Source: a virus. Taken from it: DNA of 64,000 nucleotides. The position numbers and the translations under genes were made by a program. Location of the stretch: positions 32,166-96,165 of IMG/VR virus record IMGVR_UViG_3300046674_000373; one strand, given 5' to 3'. Shown here one piece after another: positions 37,317 to 46,404 of the stretch (within the stretch, counting starts at the first letter, position 1; each line of letters starts with the position of its first letter). The notes beneath the pieces were generated by a model. It did not search any database. It was not told where the DNA came from and saw only the letters and a list, made by a program, of their open reading frames with translations.

Positions 37317-38828
37317 TTATTCGCCGGTGTGCGGGCGCCACTTGGCGTTCGACGGCAGGATGTTCTTGATGAAGCCGTGGTGCTTCGGCTTGGTGATGCG
37401 CAGGTAGCCGAACAGGAACTGGAACCACGAGTACTGCGGCATCATGCCGATACCGAAGGGCAGCGGGATCTTGGTCATCGGCTGGAACTGGCGCCAGCCG
37501 ATCGCATCCGCGCCCTGGTCGAGGTTCAGGAGCGGGACCATCACCGTGCCCGGGATATCGCGGTTCACGTCGGTGAAGGTGGTCGTCGCGCCGTTGCACT
37601 TGATGACCTTGACCAGGCGGAAATCGCTCGCGGCGTTGGTGCCGTCCTGGCGCGAACGGTACACCGCGTAGCCGCTCTCGGTGCCAGCGGTCGAGCGGGT
37701 GATGGTCAGGACGACCTTCTTGCCAGCTGCGACGGTTACCTGCGTGGTCTTGACGATCTCGGTCTGGCCTTCGCCTTTGGAGCCGATGGCCGCCACGGCG
37801 TAGTAGTAGCCGCCGGCGCGCGGCGCGCTGAACTGCGACGAGGCGTCCGAGGCGGTACCGTCAGCCGTCACGCCTTGCGGCTTGAAGGCGGCGTTGGCGA
37901 CCGCCAGCGAGGCGTTGTGCACTTCGAACGGGTACACCATCGGGTTTTCTTCATCGTGGATGAAGGTGTCCATGTTGGTGCGCAGCACGCCGTTGGTCAG
38001 GCGGATGCCTTCGACGTGACCGCCGATGACCGGGGTGTTGTTGCCGTTCGGGAGCCAGCGGAACGACGGGTCCAGGTACTTGTTCAGGTCGTTCTGGACC
38101 GAGTTCGGCAGGAAGATATCGCTCGAGCGGCCCCACGAACCGTAGCGGCTCACCGCCACGTTAATCCGCGAGATCGCATCGACGTCGTCCAGGCGCTGGC
38201 CTTGCAGGTCAACGACGTGGTCGTCGCTCACGTTGCCGGCGGCAACCTCGTTTTCGAGCTGCGTGAACACGCCGTCGAACTGGGTCGGCGAGGCGGCCGC
38301 GTTGCCGTGGTAGCCCAGGTAGTTCGCGTCGGTCAGCAGCTGCAGGGCGCCATTGCGCTCTTCCAGCGAGATCGGCTCGGCCAGGTTCTTGCCGATGGTC
38401 AGGACGTAGCCGACCTGACGCAGGGTCATCAGGAACTTGACCAAGCCAACTTCGCGCTGGTACTCGCCCTGCGCGCCGCGCACTTGGCCCATCTGGGTAT
38501 TGGTCGATCCGCCCAGGAAGCCGCCGATCGAGGTCTGGCGGCTGTATTCGTCGACGATGTTGGTCGCGCTGGTCGATTGCAGGCGATTCATCAGGGTGAA
38601 GTGCTTGTTCTCCTGGATGGTCGTCTTCATCGTGGTATCCAGCGACTGGATACCGAGTGCGCCGCCACCGGTCAGGGTGGAGACATCGGTTTGATAGCTG
38701 CTGGCTTCGAGGGCCTTGGTCAGATCCGAGATCATGTCCAGACCGCCGCCCTGCGAGCCACCCAGAATCGGGTTGGCACCACCGGGATTCAGACCAGCGA
38801 ACTGTGCTGCGAGAGTTTGAGCGTCCAT
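37317..38828 (-). CDS. major capsid protein
   Basis: 503 aa after protease and scaffold; GGGALGIQSLD, QFDG, VVDLQG. Confidence 0.85.
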   Translation of the reverse strand: MDAQTLAAQFAGLNPGGANPILGGSQGGGLDMISDLTKALEASSYQTDVSTLTGGGALGIQSLDTTMKTTIQENKHFTLMNRLQSTSATNIVDEYSRQTSIGGFLGGSTNTQMGQVRGAQGEYQREVGLVKFLMTLRQVGYVLTIGKNLAEPISLEERNGALQLLTDANYLGYHGNAAASPTQFDGVFTQLENEVAAGNVSDDHVVDLQGQRLDDVDAISRINVAVSRYGSWGRSSDIFLPNSVQNDLNKYLDPSFRWLPNGNNTPVIGGHVEGIRLTNGVLRTNMDTFIHDEENPMVYPFEVHNASLAVANAAFKPQGVTADGTASDASSQFSAPRAGGYYYAVAAIGSKGEGQTEIVKTTQVTVAAGKKVVLTITRSTAGTESGYAVYRSRQDGTNAASDFRLVKVIKCNGATTTFTDVNRDIPGTVMVPLLNLDQGADAIGWRQFQPMTKIPLPFGIGMMPQYSWFQFLFGYLRITKPKHHGFIKNILPSNAKWRPHTGE

Positions 38829-38884
38829 GGGTTTCCTTTTTAGGAGGCTGTTTTCAGAATTCTGAGTCGTTGCCGGTCAGAGGG

Positions 38885-39526
38885 TTAGGAAAGGGCGACC
38901 TTCTGGATCAGAGCCGGGTCGATCGGCGCGTTGTGCCGGCGGCACACGTCGATGGTGCGCAGCTCGGCACCGCTGATCTTGTCGTTCGCGTAGGCGGTCT
39001 GCGCCTTGGCGAAGAACTCGTCGATGGTCAGCTTGCCGTCTTCGGCGCCGCCGGACTTGGCGAGCGTGGCACCAGCCGCGGGCTTCTCGACCGCCATCAG
39101 CATGGCCTTGCGGCCCGCGCCTTGGCCGCCCAGCTTGGCGACGGTTTCCTGGAGCGACTTGATCAGCTGGCCCTGCTTGGCGATGGTCGAGGTCAGGCCG
39201 CCGAGTGCCTTGGTAAGCACGCTGCCGTGTTCGCCCACCTGGTCCTGCAGCGACTTGATGATCTCGGTCGCATCCACGACATCGACCGGCTTGCCGTCCG
39301 GGCCGGTAACGGTCAGCGACTTGGTCAGGTCGGCATCCTTGCCGTCCTGGTCATCGTCATCCTCGCTCTTGGTGCTTGCGTCTTCGATAGTCTGGTCGTC
39401 CGGCGCGGTGCCCTTCTTGTCATCGACGGCCGGCGCCGACTTGATCAGGTTGTCCGCGTTGGCTTCCTCGTCGTTGATCGCCTTCAGCAGCTCGGCGAAG
39501 TCGCTCTTTCCTTCAGTAGTGCTCAT
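38885..39526 (-). CDS. capsid scaffolding protein
   Basis: Acidic/coiled-coil, between protease and MCP, seven hydrophobic-x-K-A/S motifs. Confidence 0.7.
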   Translation of the reverse strand: MSTTEGKSDFAELLKAINDEEANADNLIKSAPAVDDKKGTAPDDQTIEDASTKSEDDDDQDGKDADLTKSLTVTGPDGKPVDVVDATEIIKSLQDQVGEHGSVLTKALGGLTSTIAKQGQLIKSLQETVAKLGGQGAGRKAMLMAVEKPAAGATLAKSGGAEDGKLTIDEFFAKAQTAYANDKISGAELRTIDVCRRHNAPIDPALIQKVALS

Positions 39527-39531
39527 AAAAT

Positions 39532-40428
39532 TTACCTCGTCGTTTTCTTGGTAAGACCCGATTTCAGATCGCTCAAAAAGCGATCAACCCAGTCCGCAGC
39601 CTCATCGTGAGACAGCGAGAAATTCCCGGCCGCGTACTGCACCAGGCCATTCGCGGATTGGTCTTCGACGGCGCCCTTGCGCAGCGCTTTCGCCAACCTC
39701 TCGCGGAATTCGTAGTAGGACGCCGGCGCGCCGTGGTGGCCCGCGTCGATCGACTGCACGCCAAAGGCTGCGCCGCCGGTTTTTGCGCCTGCATCGGTCG
39801 CGTAGCTCGCCTCGAGCGCCTTGATCAGGTCGAGCCCGTCCACGCCCCAGGACTTCGCGAGCACGCCGAACGGGATCGTCGCGACGCCGCCGACGTGCTG
39901 GTTCACGGGCTGCTGCGACAGCGCGATGTTCGTCCAGCGCACGCCAGAGACGACAGTCACCTTGTCGCCGTTGTCGTCGAGCGCGGCCGACTTGCGCAGC
40001 ACCTTGCCGCCGACCGATGGGTACCATTTGCGCGGCGGGTTCAGCTTCGTCATGCTGTCCCACACCATGTTCGCGCGCTCGGCCAGATCGGTCGTGCCGG
40101 TGAACAGCTCGGCCTTGACGAAGGTGGACTTGCCGTCGACGCGCACGTCAACCGGCGCGCCGATCTCCCACAGGTCCGGGCGGTCGATGCCGTGCAGCGC
40201 CGCGATCGACGGCATCGATTTGTGGTCGATGTCGAGGTTGCCGAACTTGAGGTAGTGGTCCGCCGACTGCTCGAGCGCCTTCGCCAGCACAATGTCGTTC
40301 TGCTGGTCGCGCTCTTCGCGCGACGCTTCCAGATAGATGAAGCGCCGATCGCCCTCGGTTGCGGGCGTCGCCTTGAGCATCATTTCGATGCTGAGCAGTT
40401 CGGAATTGAGATAGGCGTCGCGGTTCAT
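39532..40428 (-). CDS. prohead protease
   Basis: EASREERDQQND, GNLDIDH, YPSVGG, NIALSQQPVN. Confidence 0.75.
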   Translation of the reverse strand: MNRDAYLNSELLSIEMMLKATPATEGDRRFIYLEASREERDQQNDIVLAKALEQSADHYLKFGNLDIDHKSMPSIAALHGIDRPDLWEIGAPVDVRVDGKSTFVKAELFTGTTDLAERANMVWDSMTKLNPPRKWYPSVGGKVLRKSAALDDNGDKVTVVSGVRWTNIALSQQPVNQHVGGVATIPFGVLAKSWGVDGLDLIKALEASYATDAGAKTGGAAFGVQSIDAGHHGAPASYYEFRERLAKALRKGAVEDQSANGLVQYAAGNFSLSHDEAADWVDRFLSDLKSGLTKKTTR

Positions 40429-40437
40429 ATTGACGCC

Positions 40438-40453
40438 ATGGTGGCGTCACGAC
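40438..40453 (-). promoter_or_regulatory. late promoter motif
   Basis: GTCGTGAC-GC-CACCAT-N9-ATG. Confidence 0.75.
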
Positions 40454-40467
40454 AGCCCGGAGGGGTG

Positions 40468-40725
40468 TTACAGGCCGAGTGTCTGTCTGGCCTTGCTGAC
40501 GACGAGTTCGAGCTGGCCGCGCTCGCGCACCAAGGCCAGATAGCGGTCCTGCGTCCGGTCCGGCGCTGCCTCGACCCCGGGCTGTGCGCGCTCGAGCTCC
40601 GCCAGCACGGCCTTGAGCCGCTTCTCGGCGGCCTTGAGGATGTTGCGCTCGGCCGCCTCGGTCTTGGAGGCCAGCCCGGCCAGATCGGTCAGGCTGGTGC
40701 GCACCCGCTCCATGTGGCGCTTCAT
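40468..40725 (-). CDS. hypothetical coiled-coil protein
   Basis: ATGA-coupled ORF. Confidence 0.55.
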   Translation of the reverse strand: MKRHMERVRTSLTDLAGLASKTEAAERNILKAAEKRLKAVLAELERAQPGVEAAPDRTQDRYLALVRERGQLELVVSKARQTLGL

Positions 40726-40922
40726 CGGGACACCTCGGCGCGGCACTGGGCGCGCAGGTCGGCGCGCTGGATCGCGTAACACTGGGACGGGTCGCGGCGC
40801 TCGCGCGCCAGGCAGTAAATGCGCGCGTCCGCGTCGCCGATCGCGTAGCAGGACCCCGTGTCGGCAGCGGATCCCGGCGCCGCGGCGAGCACGAAGAGTA
40901 AGGCGAGGGCGGATAGCTTCAT
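40722..40922 (-). CDS. small secreted Cys-rich protein
   Basis: Signal peptide; two CYAI-x7-C repeats. Confidence 0.6.
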   Translation of the reverse strand: MKLSALALLFVLAAAPGSAADTGSCYAIGDADARIYCLARERRDPSQCYAIQRADLRAQCRAEVSR

Positions 40923-40936
40923 GGTTACACTGTACA

Positions 40937-43900
40937 TCAGAACATCGCTCCTTGCCCGCTTTGGGCTTCCACCCGCCGCGCATTAATCGCTCCGGCTACA
41001 CCGGAATCGTCAATACCGTCCAAAGGCGACGCCATCAAATCCTTGAGGGCGTACTTTTTCTCCAGCCGATCACGCGAACGGCGCTCCTCGGCATGGTCGC
41101 CCACCAGGTCGATCAGTTCGACGCCCTGCTTCTGCCCCAGACGGTGGATGCGGGCGTTGCGCTGGCTGTGCGTCTTGGCGGTCTGGCTGATATCGTGCTG
41201 AATCAGGAACTGGCCGGATTGCAGGTTCATGCCGACGGCGCCTGCATCCGACGCGATCAGGATATCGGCTTTGGCCTCGCCCGATTCCGGATTGAACATG
41301 CGCCGCTTCTTGTCCTTCTCCTTGGCGCTGTCCGAGCCGGTTATGACCACGACGCGCTTGCCGGCCGTCTCCATCGCCGCCTTGTACTGCTCGACGCTGT
41401 CGCGATTGCGCGCGAAGATGACGCCCTGTTTGCCCGGGCGATCGGCCACCATCTGCACCGCGCGCGCCACCTTGGCGTTGTCCGGGTGCGAGTTGATGAT
41501 CCGGTTGACCGCCGAGGACTTCAGGATCCCAATGGACTTCTGGAGCGCGGCCGCGACCTTCTCGTGATCGGACTCCGGCACGCCGGCGAACGAATTGGGC
41601 GAGATCGCGCGCGCCGCTTCGACGTCGACCTTGCCGGCGCGCTGCGCCAGCCGGGCGCGCGCCAGGTGCTTGTCGAGCTCGCCCAGGGCCTGCGTCTGGC
41701 CGGGCGACAGCGACACCTTCTCCTGCTTGCGACTCACCGCGACGTCCGGCGTGATCGAGGTCGGGAACACGTAGCGCGCCATCTCGCGCTGCAGCGCCTG
41801 CTTGCTGGCGATCGTGTCGGCGCCGTAGCGGCGCATGAAGGCGGCGCGGTCCTCGTAGCGCTCGGGGTCGAGCTTCTGGAGCATCGAATGGATTTCGCTC
41901 GGGTCGTTCTTGACCGGGTCGCCAGAGGCGTAGACGTGGTAGGGCGTGTGGTGGCCCACCGCCTCCAGCACGTTCGACAGGCTCGAATTCTCCTTGCCGG
42001 CGCGGTTCAGGGTGTCGTGCGCCTCGTCGATGAAGGAAGCGTCAAAGTTGATACCCTCGGCCGCCATCACGCTGGCCACCCAGTCGCGCCGCTCCGTGGT
42101 GCTCATGGCGGCCACCTTCGACACCATGGCCGCCTCGTCGACGCCGGCCTGTTTGGACCCCAGGTGGACCATGTCGTCGCGGAAGGACTGGTGCGTCATG
42201 ACGCAGATGTGGGTATCCGGGTCCTTGTAGGCCGCGATCCGCTCGGCCTGCGACGCGCCCGGCTGGATATGGGCCTTGAACTTGCCAGCCTCCAGCAGGC
42301 GCAGCGCCTCGCCGTTGAACTGGCCCTGCACGATCGAGGGCACCATCATGATCGAGCGCTTGACCGTGCCGAGGCCCGACAGGTGCGCGTGCGCGCCCAG
42401 CATCATGTTGGTCTTGCCGCTGCCGGCGCCGGCCGCCAGCGCCATGCGCTTGTTCGCGGCCAGCAGCTTGATCGCGCGCTGCTGCGCCGCGTACTTGCCG
42501 GACATGGAGACGCCCCACAGTTTCGTGGGCTGGCCCGGTTTGAAGTTGGCGCCGACGTGCTCCATCATCCCGGCGATCTGGCGCTCCGCGGCATGGCCCA
42601 GCGTATGCCGCTCGTCGGGCGCCAGCCCGGCCGGCTGGCCGCCGGCGGTGGCCGCCGGGGCTTCTTCCGACGAGAAAAATCCCATCTGTGCCTGGTCGAA
42701 TGCCGCCTGCTGCTCTTTTGCGGCACCGATCTTGTCCGCTATGCCGCCGGCCGCATACTTGCCGCCGCTGCGGTTGCGCAAGCCATCGATCAGCGCCTTG
42801 TCTTTCGCCATTCGCGAATCGCGAGCGTCCGGGTCGACCGCGTCGAGGTGATCCAGGTTGTTGCGGATCACCCGCTTGCCCAGCTTGATCGGCGCGTCCG
42901 GATTCAGCTTGTTGTGCGCATCGACGAAGGTGGCCGCCATCTTGGAGCGGATCACGTCCTGCACGGCCTCGTAGGCCTTCTCGTTGCTGCCCATCGTCTT
43001 GAGGTACTTGCTCCAGGTGAGTGAGCTCGAGCTCAGCTTCTCGGCCAGGTTGTCGCGCGTGGCGCGCCAATCCTTCCATTCCGGGTTCGGCACCGTGTCG
43101 CCGAACATATCGGTCGTCTCCTTCTCCGGCTCGGCGCCGTTCAGCTGCTCCAGTTCGGCGCGCATCTTGCCGGCATCGGGCGATTCCTTGGCGATGTGGC
43201 GGTAGAAGTGCTCGCGCAGCGCCGCCTGGTCCTTGGGCGTGAGCTCCCCGATCTGCTTGTAGGCGGCAGTGCCCTCCGGCGTCTCGGCCAGCGCCCGGTG
43301 CAGCGCATCGACCGACTTCTGGTCGACCTTGAACTTCTGGCGGTTCAGCGTGGTTCGCTCGCCGCCCAGCTGGGCCACGTGCTCATCCGCGTACTTCTCG
43401 AAGGTGTCGCCCAGCGCGTCGGCGCGCTGCTGGTTGCCGTCGGCATCCTTCAGGGGTGCGACGGCGTCGAGCGCCTGGCGGTACTCCTCGGCCCGGCCGG
43501 CGCCGACGCGCTGGAAGAAGTCGGCCGACTGGACATCGGCCAGAATGTCGGCCGGGGCGTCGCCATCCGCCGTGCGCGCACCGATGTAGGTGCGCAGCGC
43601 CGCTTGCAGGTCGGGCCCGGGCGCGAACGGCTGCGCCAGGCGCTCAGCGACGCCCGGCTTCACATTCATCACCAGGTCAGGGCGATTCGCCACGCCAAGC
43701 GGCAGCCAGCCATCCTCGTCGTGCTCGCCGCGGATGATCGCCAGGTTGCGGCGGACCTGCTGTACGTCCTCGCGATTGACCGGCTTTGCCAGCCGCTCCA
43801 TGCCGGCCGGGGTCACGGTCAGGAAGGTGTCGCCGCCGACCTTCTCGAGCGAATAGTCACCCGTTTTCAGGCCGATCGCGCGCACCTGCTGGATTGCCTG

Positions 43901-45469
43901 CTCCACGGCCGTCTTGCCGAGCGAGACCTGCAGCGGCCCGGCGCCGGGCGCTTTCATGGCCAGCACCAGCGCGGCATTGGCCTCCATCTCGCCCATGGCT
44001 TGGCCGAGGATCCGCTGGGCGTCGCCGATGGCGGCGCGCCGGCGCGCGTTCAGTTCCTGCGCCACTGCGAGGTCCGCACCGTTCCGCGCCTCGGTAGATA
44101 GCTCGATCGCGCTGGCGGCCTCCTGCAGGTCGCGCGCCTTTTTCAGCGCCTCGGTGGTGGTGGCGGTGTAGTGGTTGACGTGCCAGTCCTGGATGCCGGC
44201 CGCAACATGCTCGACCTCCTCAGGCGCGAGATCGGCGTGCACGCGCCGCGCCAGCACCTGCGCCGCGCCAGCGATGCCGAGCACGTCAACCACCGAGCGG
44301 TCTACCAGCGCCTCGCCGCCGACGGCCAGCGCCAGCGCGTTGATGCTGTTGTAGGCGCCCACGCCGATATGGCCGCCCAGGGTCTCCGTCGGGCTGCCGC
44401 CGGCGATCTTGCCGACCTCGGACAGGAAGGCTGACGTCTGGACGGTGCGCAGGTCGTTCGCGAGGTCCTCGGCGACGTCTCCGCCGTCGGACACCTCGAG
44501 CACGAACGCCTTCGGCTCGGCCGCGCCGCGGTCCACATCGGCATGCGCGGCGCGCGCCAGGCGCTCGATCTCGGCCAGGCGCTTGCCTTCCTTGACCAGC
44601 TCCAGCGCATCCTTGGCCGACAGCAGCGAGGCATCGGCGCTGGGCGCGGCCGGCTCCTTGATGCCGGCCAGCTCCTGCTTGATCAGATTGCCCGCGTCGC
44701 CGCGCGCGAACGCGGCCTGGCGCTGCTCTTCCGTCAGGCCAGCCAGCTTGACTTGCTGAGCCTCGGCGGCCAGCACATCCTGGGACAGGCCCGCATCGGT
44801 GGCGCGGCCCTTGTAATCGGCCTGGAAACCCAGTCCGGCACCAGGTGGCTTGATGGGGTCCAGGTCCTGCACGGACAGGTGCTCGGGGGCGTCCGAGAAC
44901 AGCGGCAGCTCTCCTACGCCCGCATCGGCGCGCGCCGCCGCGTCGTTGACCAACTTCTCGCGGCTTTGCTGGATCACTTCCTTGGCGCGCTTGAGCAACT
45001 GGCGGTGGTGGCGGTCCTTGACCTTGGCAAGCGCCTTCTCGGACAGGTGCGCGTAGTCCTGCTCGGGGAAGGTGAGGTCCGATTCATCCCAGCCGGCCTT
45101 CTTGGCGACCGCCTCGATGACGCTGCGTTCGGCGGCGCGGCGCTGGTTCTGGATATCCTTGCGCGCGTCCTGCTTGGCGCCGTGCACGCCGGAGGCCTTG
45201 TCGGCGGCGATCTGTTCCTTCTTCTTGGCGCGCTGCTCGGCCGCTTTGCCCTTGGCCTCCTCCTTGTAGTCGGCGTGCGATTTCACACCGCGCAGACGTA
45301 GATGGTTCAGCGAACCACCGGCGCCGCCGATCACCACAGCCGACCCATCCTGCTGCGGCTGGATCAGCACCGGCTGGCCCTTGCCGATTCCGGCTGGATG
45401 TACGGTAATCCAGTGGGAACCCTCTGGTACGGAAGACGCTTTTAGGAGTAGGCGTGGCTCGATCGTCAT
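40937..45469 (-). CDS. 1510-aa protein with C-terminal SNF2/SF2 helicase (putative virion cargo, DarB-like role)
   Basis: AGAGSGKT, FIDEAH, SGDPVKND, SDAGAVGMNLQ, QRNARIHRLGQ; located in head module. Confidence 0.8.
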   Translation of the reverse strand: MTIEPRLLLKASSVPEGSHWITVHPAGIGKGQPVLIQPQQDGSAVVIGGAGGSLNHLRLRGVKSHADYKEEAKGKAAEQRAKKKEQIAADKASGVHGAKQDARKDIQNQRRAAERSVIEAVAKKAGWDESDLTFPEQDYAHLSEKALAKVKDRHHRQLLKRAKEVIQQSREKLVNDAAARADAGVGELPLFSDAPEHLSVQDLDPIKPPGAGLGFQADYKGRATDAGLSQDVLAAEAQQVKLAGLTEEQRQAAFARGDAGNLIKQELAGIKEPAAPSADASLLSAKDALELVKEGKRLAEIERLARAAHADVDRGAAEPKAFVLEVSDGGDVAEDLANDLRTVQTSAFLSEVGKIAGGSPTETLGGHIGVGAYNSINALALAVGGEALVDRSVVDVLGIAGAAQVLARRVHADLAPEEVEHVAAGIQDWHVNHYTATTTEALKKARDLQEAASAIELSTEARNGADLAVAQELNARRRAAIGDAQRILGQAMGEMEANAALVLAMKAPGAGPLQVSLGKTAVEQAIQQVRAIGLKTGDYSLEKVGGDTFLTVTPAGMERLAKPVNREDVQQVRRNLAIIRGEHDEDGWLPLGVANRPDLVMNVKPGVAERLAQPFAPGPDLQAALRTYIGARTADGDAPADILADVQSADFFQRVGAGRAEEYRQALDAVAPLKDADGNQQRADALGDTFEKYADEHVAQLGGERTTLNRQKFKVDQKSVDALHRALAETPEGTAAYKQIGELTPKDQAALREHFYRHIAKESPDAGKMRAELEQLNGAEPEKETTDMFGDTVPNPEWKDWRATRDNLAEKLSSSSLTWSKYLKTMGSNEKAYEAVQDVIRSKMAATFVDAHNKLNPDAPIKLGKRVIRNNLDHLDAVDPDARDSRMAKDKALIDGLRNRSGGKYAAGGIADKIGAAKEQQAAFDQAQMGFFSSEEAPAATAGGQPAGLAPDERHTLGHAAERQIAGMMEHVGANFKPGQPTKLWGVSMSGKYAAQQRAIKLLAANKRMALAAGAGSGKTNMMLGAHAHLSGLGTVKRSIMMVPSIVQGQFNGEALRLLEAGKFKAHIQPGASQAERIAAYKDPDTHICVMTHQSFRDDMVHLGSKQAGVDEAAMVSKVAAMSTTERRDWVASVMAAEGINFDASFIDEAHDTLNRAGKENSSLSNVLEAVGHHTPYHVYASGDPVKNDPSEIHSMLQKLDPERYEDRAAFMRRYGADTIASKQALQREMARYVFPTSITPDVAVSRKQEKVSLSPGQTQALGELDKHLARARLAQRAGKVDVEAARAISPNSFAGVPESDHEKVAAALQKSIGILKSSAVNRIINSHPDNAKVARAVQMVADRPGKQGVIFARNRDSVEQYKAAMETAGKRVVVITGSDSAKEKDKKRRMFNPESGEAKADILIASDAGAVGMNLQSGQFLIQHDISQTAKTHSQRNARIHRLGQKQGVELIDLVGDHAEERRSRDRLEKKYALKDLMASPLDGIDDSGVAGAINARRVEAQSGQGAMF

Positions 45470-45475
45470 GCCCGG

Positions 45476-45491
45476 ATGATGAAGTCACGAC
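45476..45491 (-). promoter_or_regulatory. late promoter motif
   Basis: GTCGTGAC-TT-CATCAT-N6-ATG. Confidence 0.75.
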
Positions 45492-45537
45492 GCCCATGTT
45501 CAGGCAGCGGCTAAGAAAGGCGCCGCAGGTCAGGTGA

Positions 45538-46404
45538 GTGGCAATCATGACCAAACCCATTTTCGAACTCGATTCGCCCAATTCATTCATCGGTACCGCC
45601 CACGTTCAAGTCCAGACGGTCGCAGATATCACCGGAGAGAATGAAATCCTTCTCCAAAATGAACATGCATTCGCGGTGTCCCAAGGTACCGGCGCTACAG
45701 TCCCAACGTCATTGAATGAGGGCCGTGCCCACGATATCGAATGGGCGCCGAAGACCATCGGTTACCTGCCTCCGGCATTCAGGGTTCGCAGCCTGTACCG
45801 TCAACCCATTCGCGCCACGTTCGTGCGCATTTCGGACGCAGTCTTTCGGGCAGCTGCGCTTGGTGTCGTTGACTTCGAGCAGGTTGACTCGCAGTTCCTG
45901 CATGGCATTACGGACCCAGTCGCGTTCAACCTGATGGAAGCCCTTTCATGGGCTGCGAGCGGCGGCAGTGACACATCCGAAATGATGCTCGAGTCGATTG
46001 GCATTGCTCTGTCCGTACGGATGATGCAAAAGCTCGGCGCCGTCATGCTGGAGAAAGTCGCGCCGTACTCCAGCGGCCTGCCTATTAACACGATGCGAAG
46101 GATCACCGAGTACATCGACGACAATATCGCTAATACGATTCGGCTCAAGGAGCTGGCCGGGATCGCTGACCTCAGCCCGTTTCATTTTGCAAGGGCGTTT
46201 CACAAAACGGCAAAAATCACTCCGGCCCGCTACATTGTGCTGCGCCGCGTCGAGTGCGCGAAACAGCGAATGCGAATTCCGTACGCGCAACTAGCGATCA
46301 TCGCATACGAGTGCGGCTTCGCCAGCCAGAGCCATTTCACGACCGCATTCAAGCGGGTCACCGGCATGACCCCGGCCGCCTACCGGGGACAGTTCATGAC
46401 TTGA
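45538..46404 (+). CDS. AraC-family transcriptional regulator (moron)
   Basis: LKELAGIADLSPFHFARAF...IAYECGFASQSHFTTAFKRVTGMTPAAYR. Confidence 0.9.
   Translation: MAIMTKPIFELDSPNSFIGTAHVQVQTVADITGENEILLQNEHAFAVSQGTGATVPTSLNEGRAHDIEWAPKTIGYLPPAFRVRSLYRQPIRATFVRISDAVFRAAALGVVDFEQVDSQFLHGITDPVAFNLMEALSWAASGGSDTSEMMLESIGIALSVRMMQKLGAVMLEKVAPYSSGLPINTMRRITEYIDDNIANTIRLKELAGIADLSPFHFARAFHKTAKITPARYIVLRRVECAKQRMRIPYAQLAIIAYECGFASQSHFTTAFKRVTGMTPAAYRGQFMT

Noticed and set aside
40613-43024. 803-aa + strand ORF and other long antisense ORFs (e.g. 33440-35215, 37299-38843, 61455-63077)
   Set aside because: Shadow frames of high-GC genes on the opposite strand or frame; no motifs or RBS
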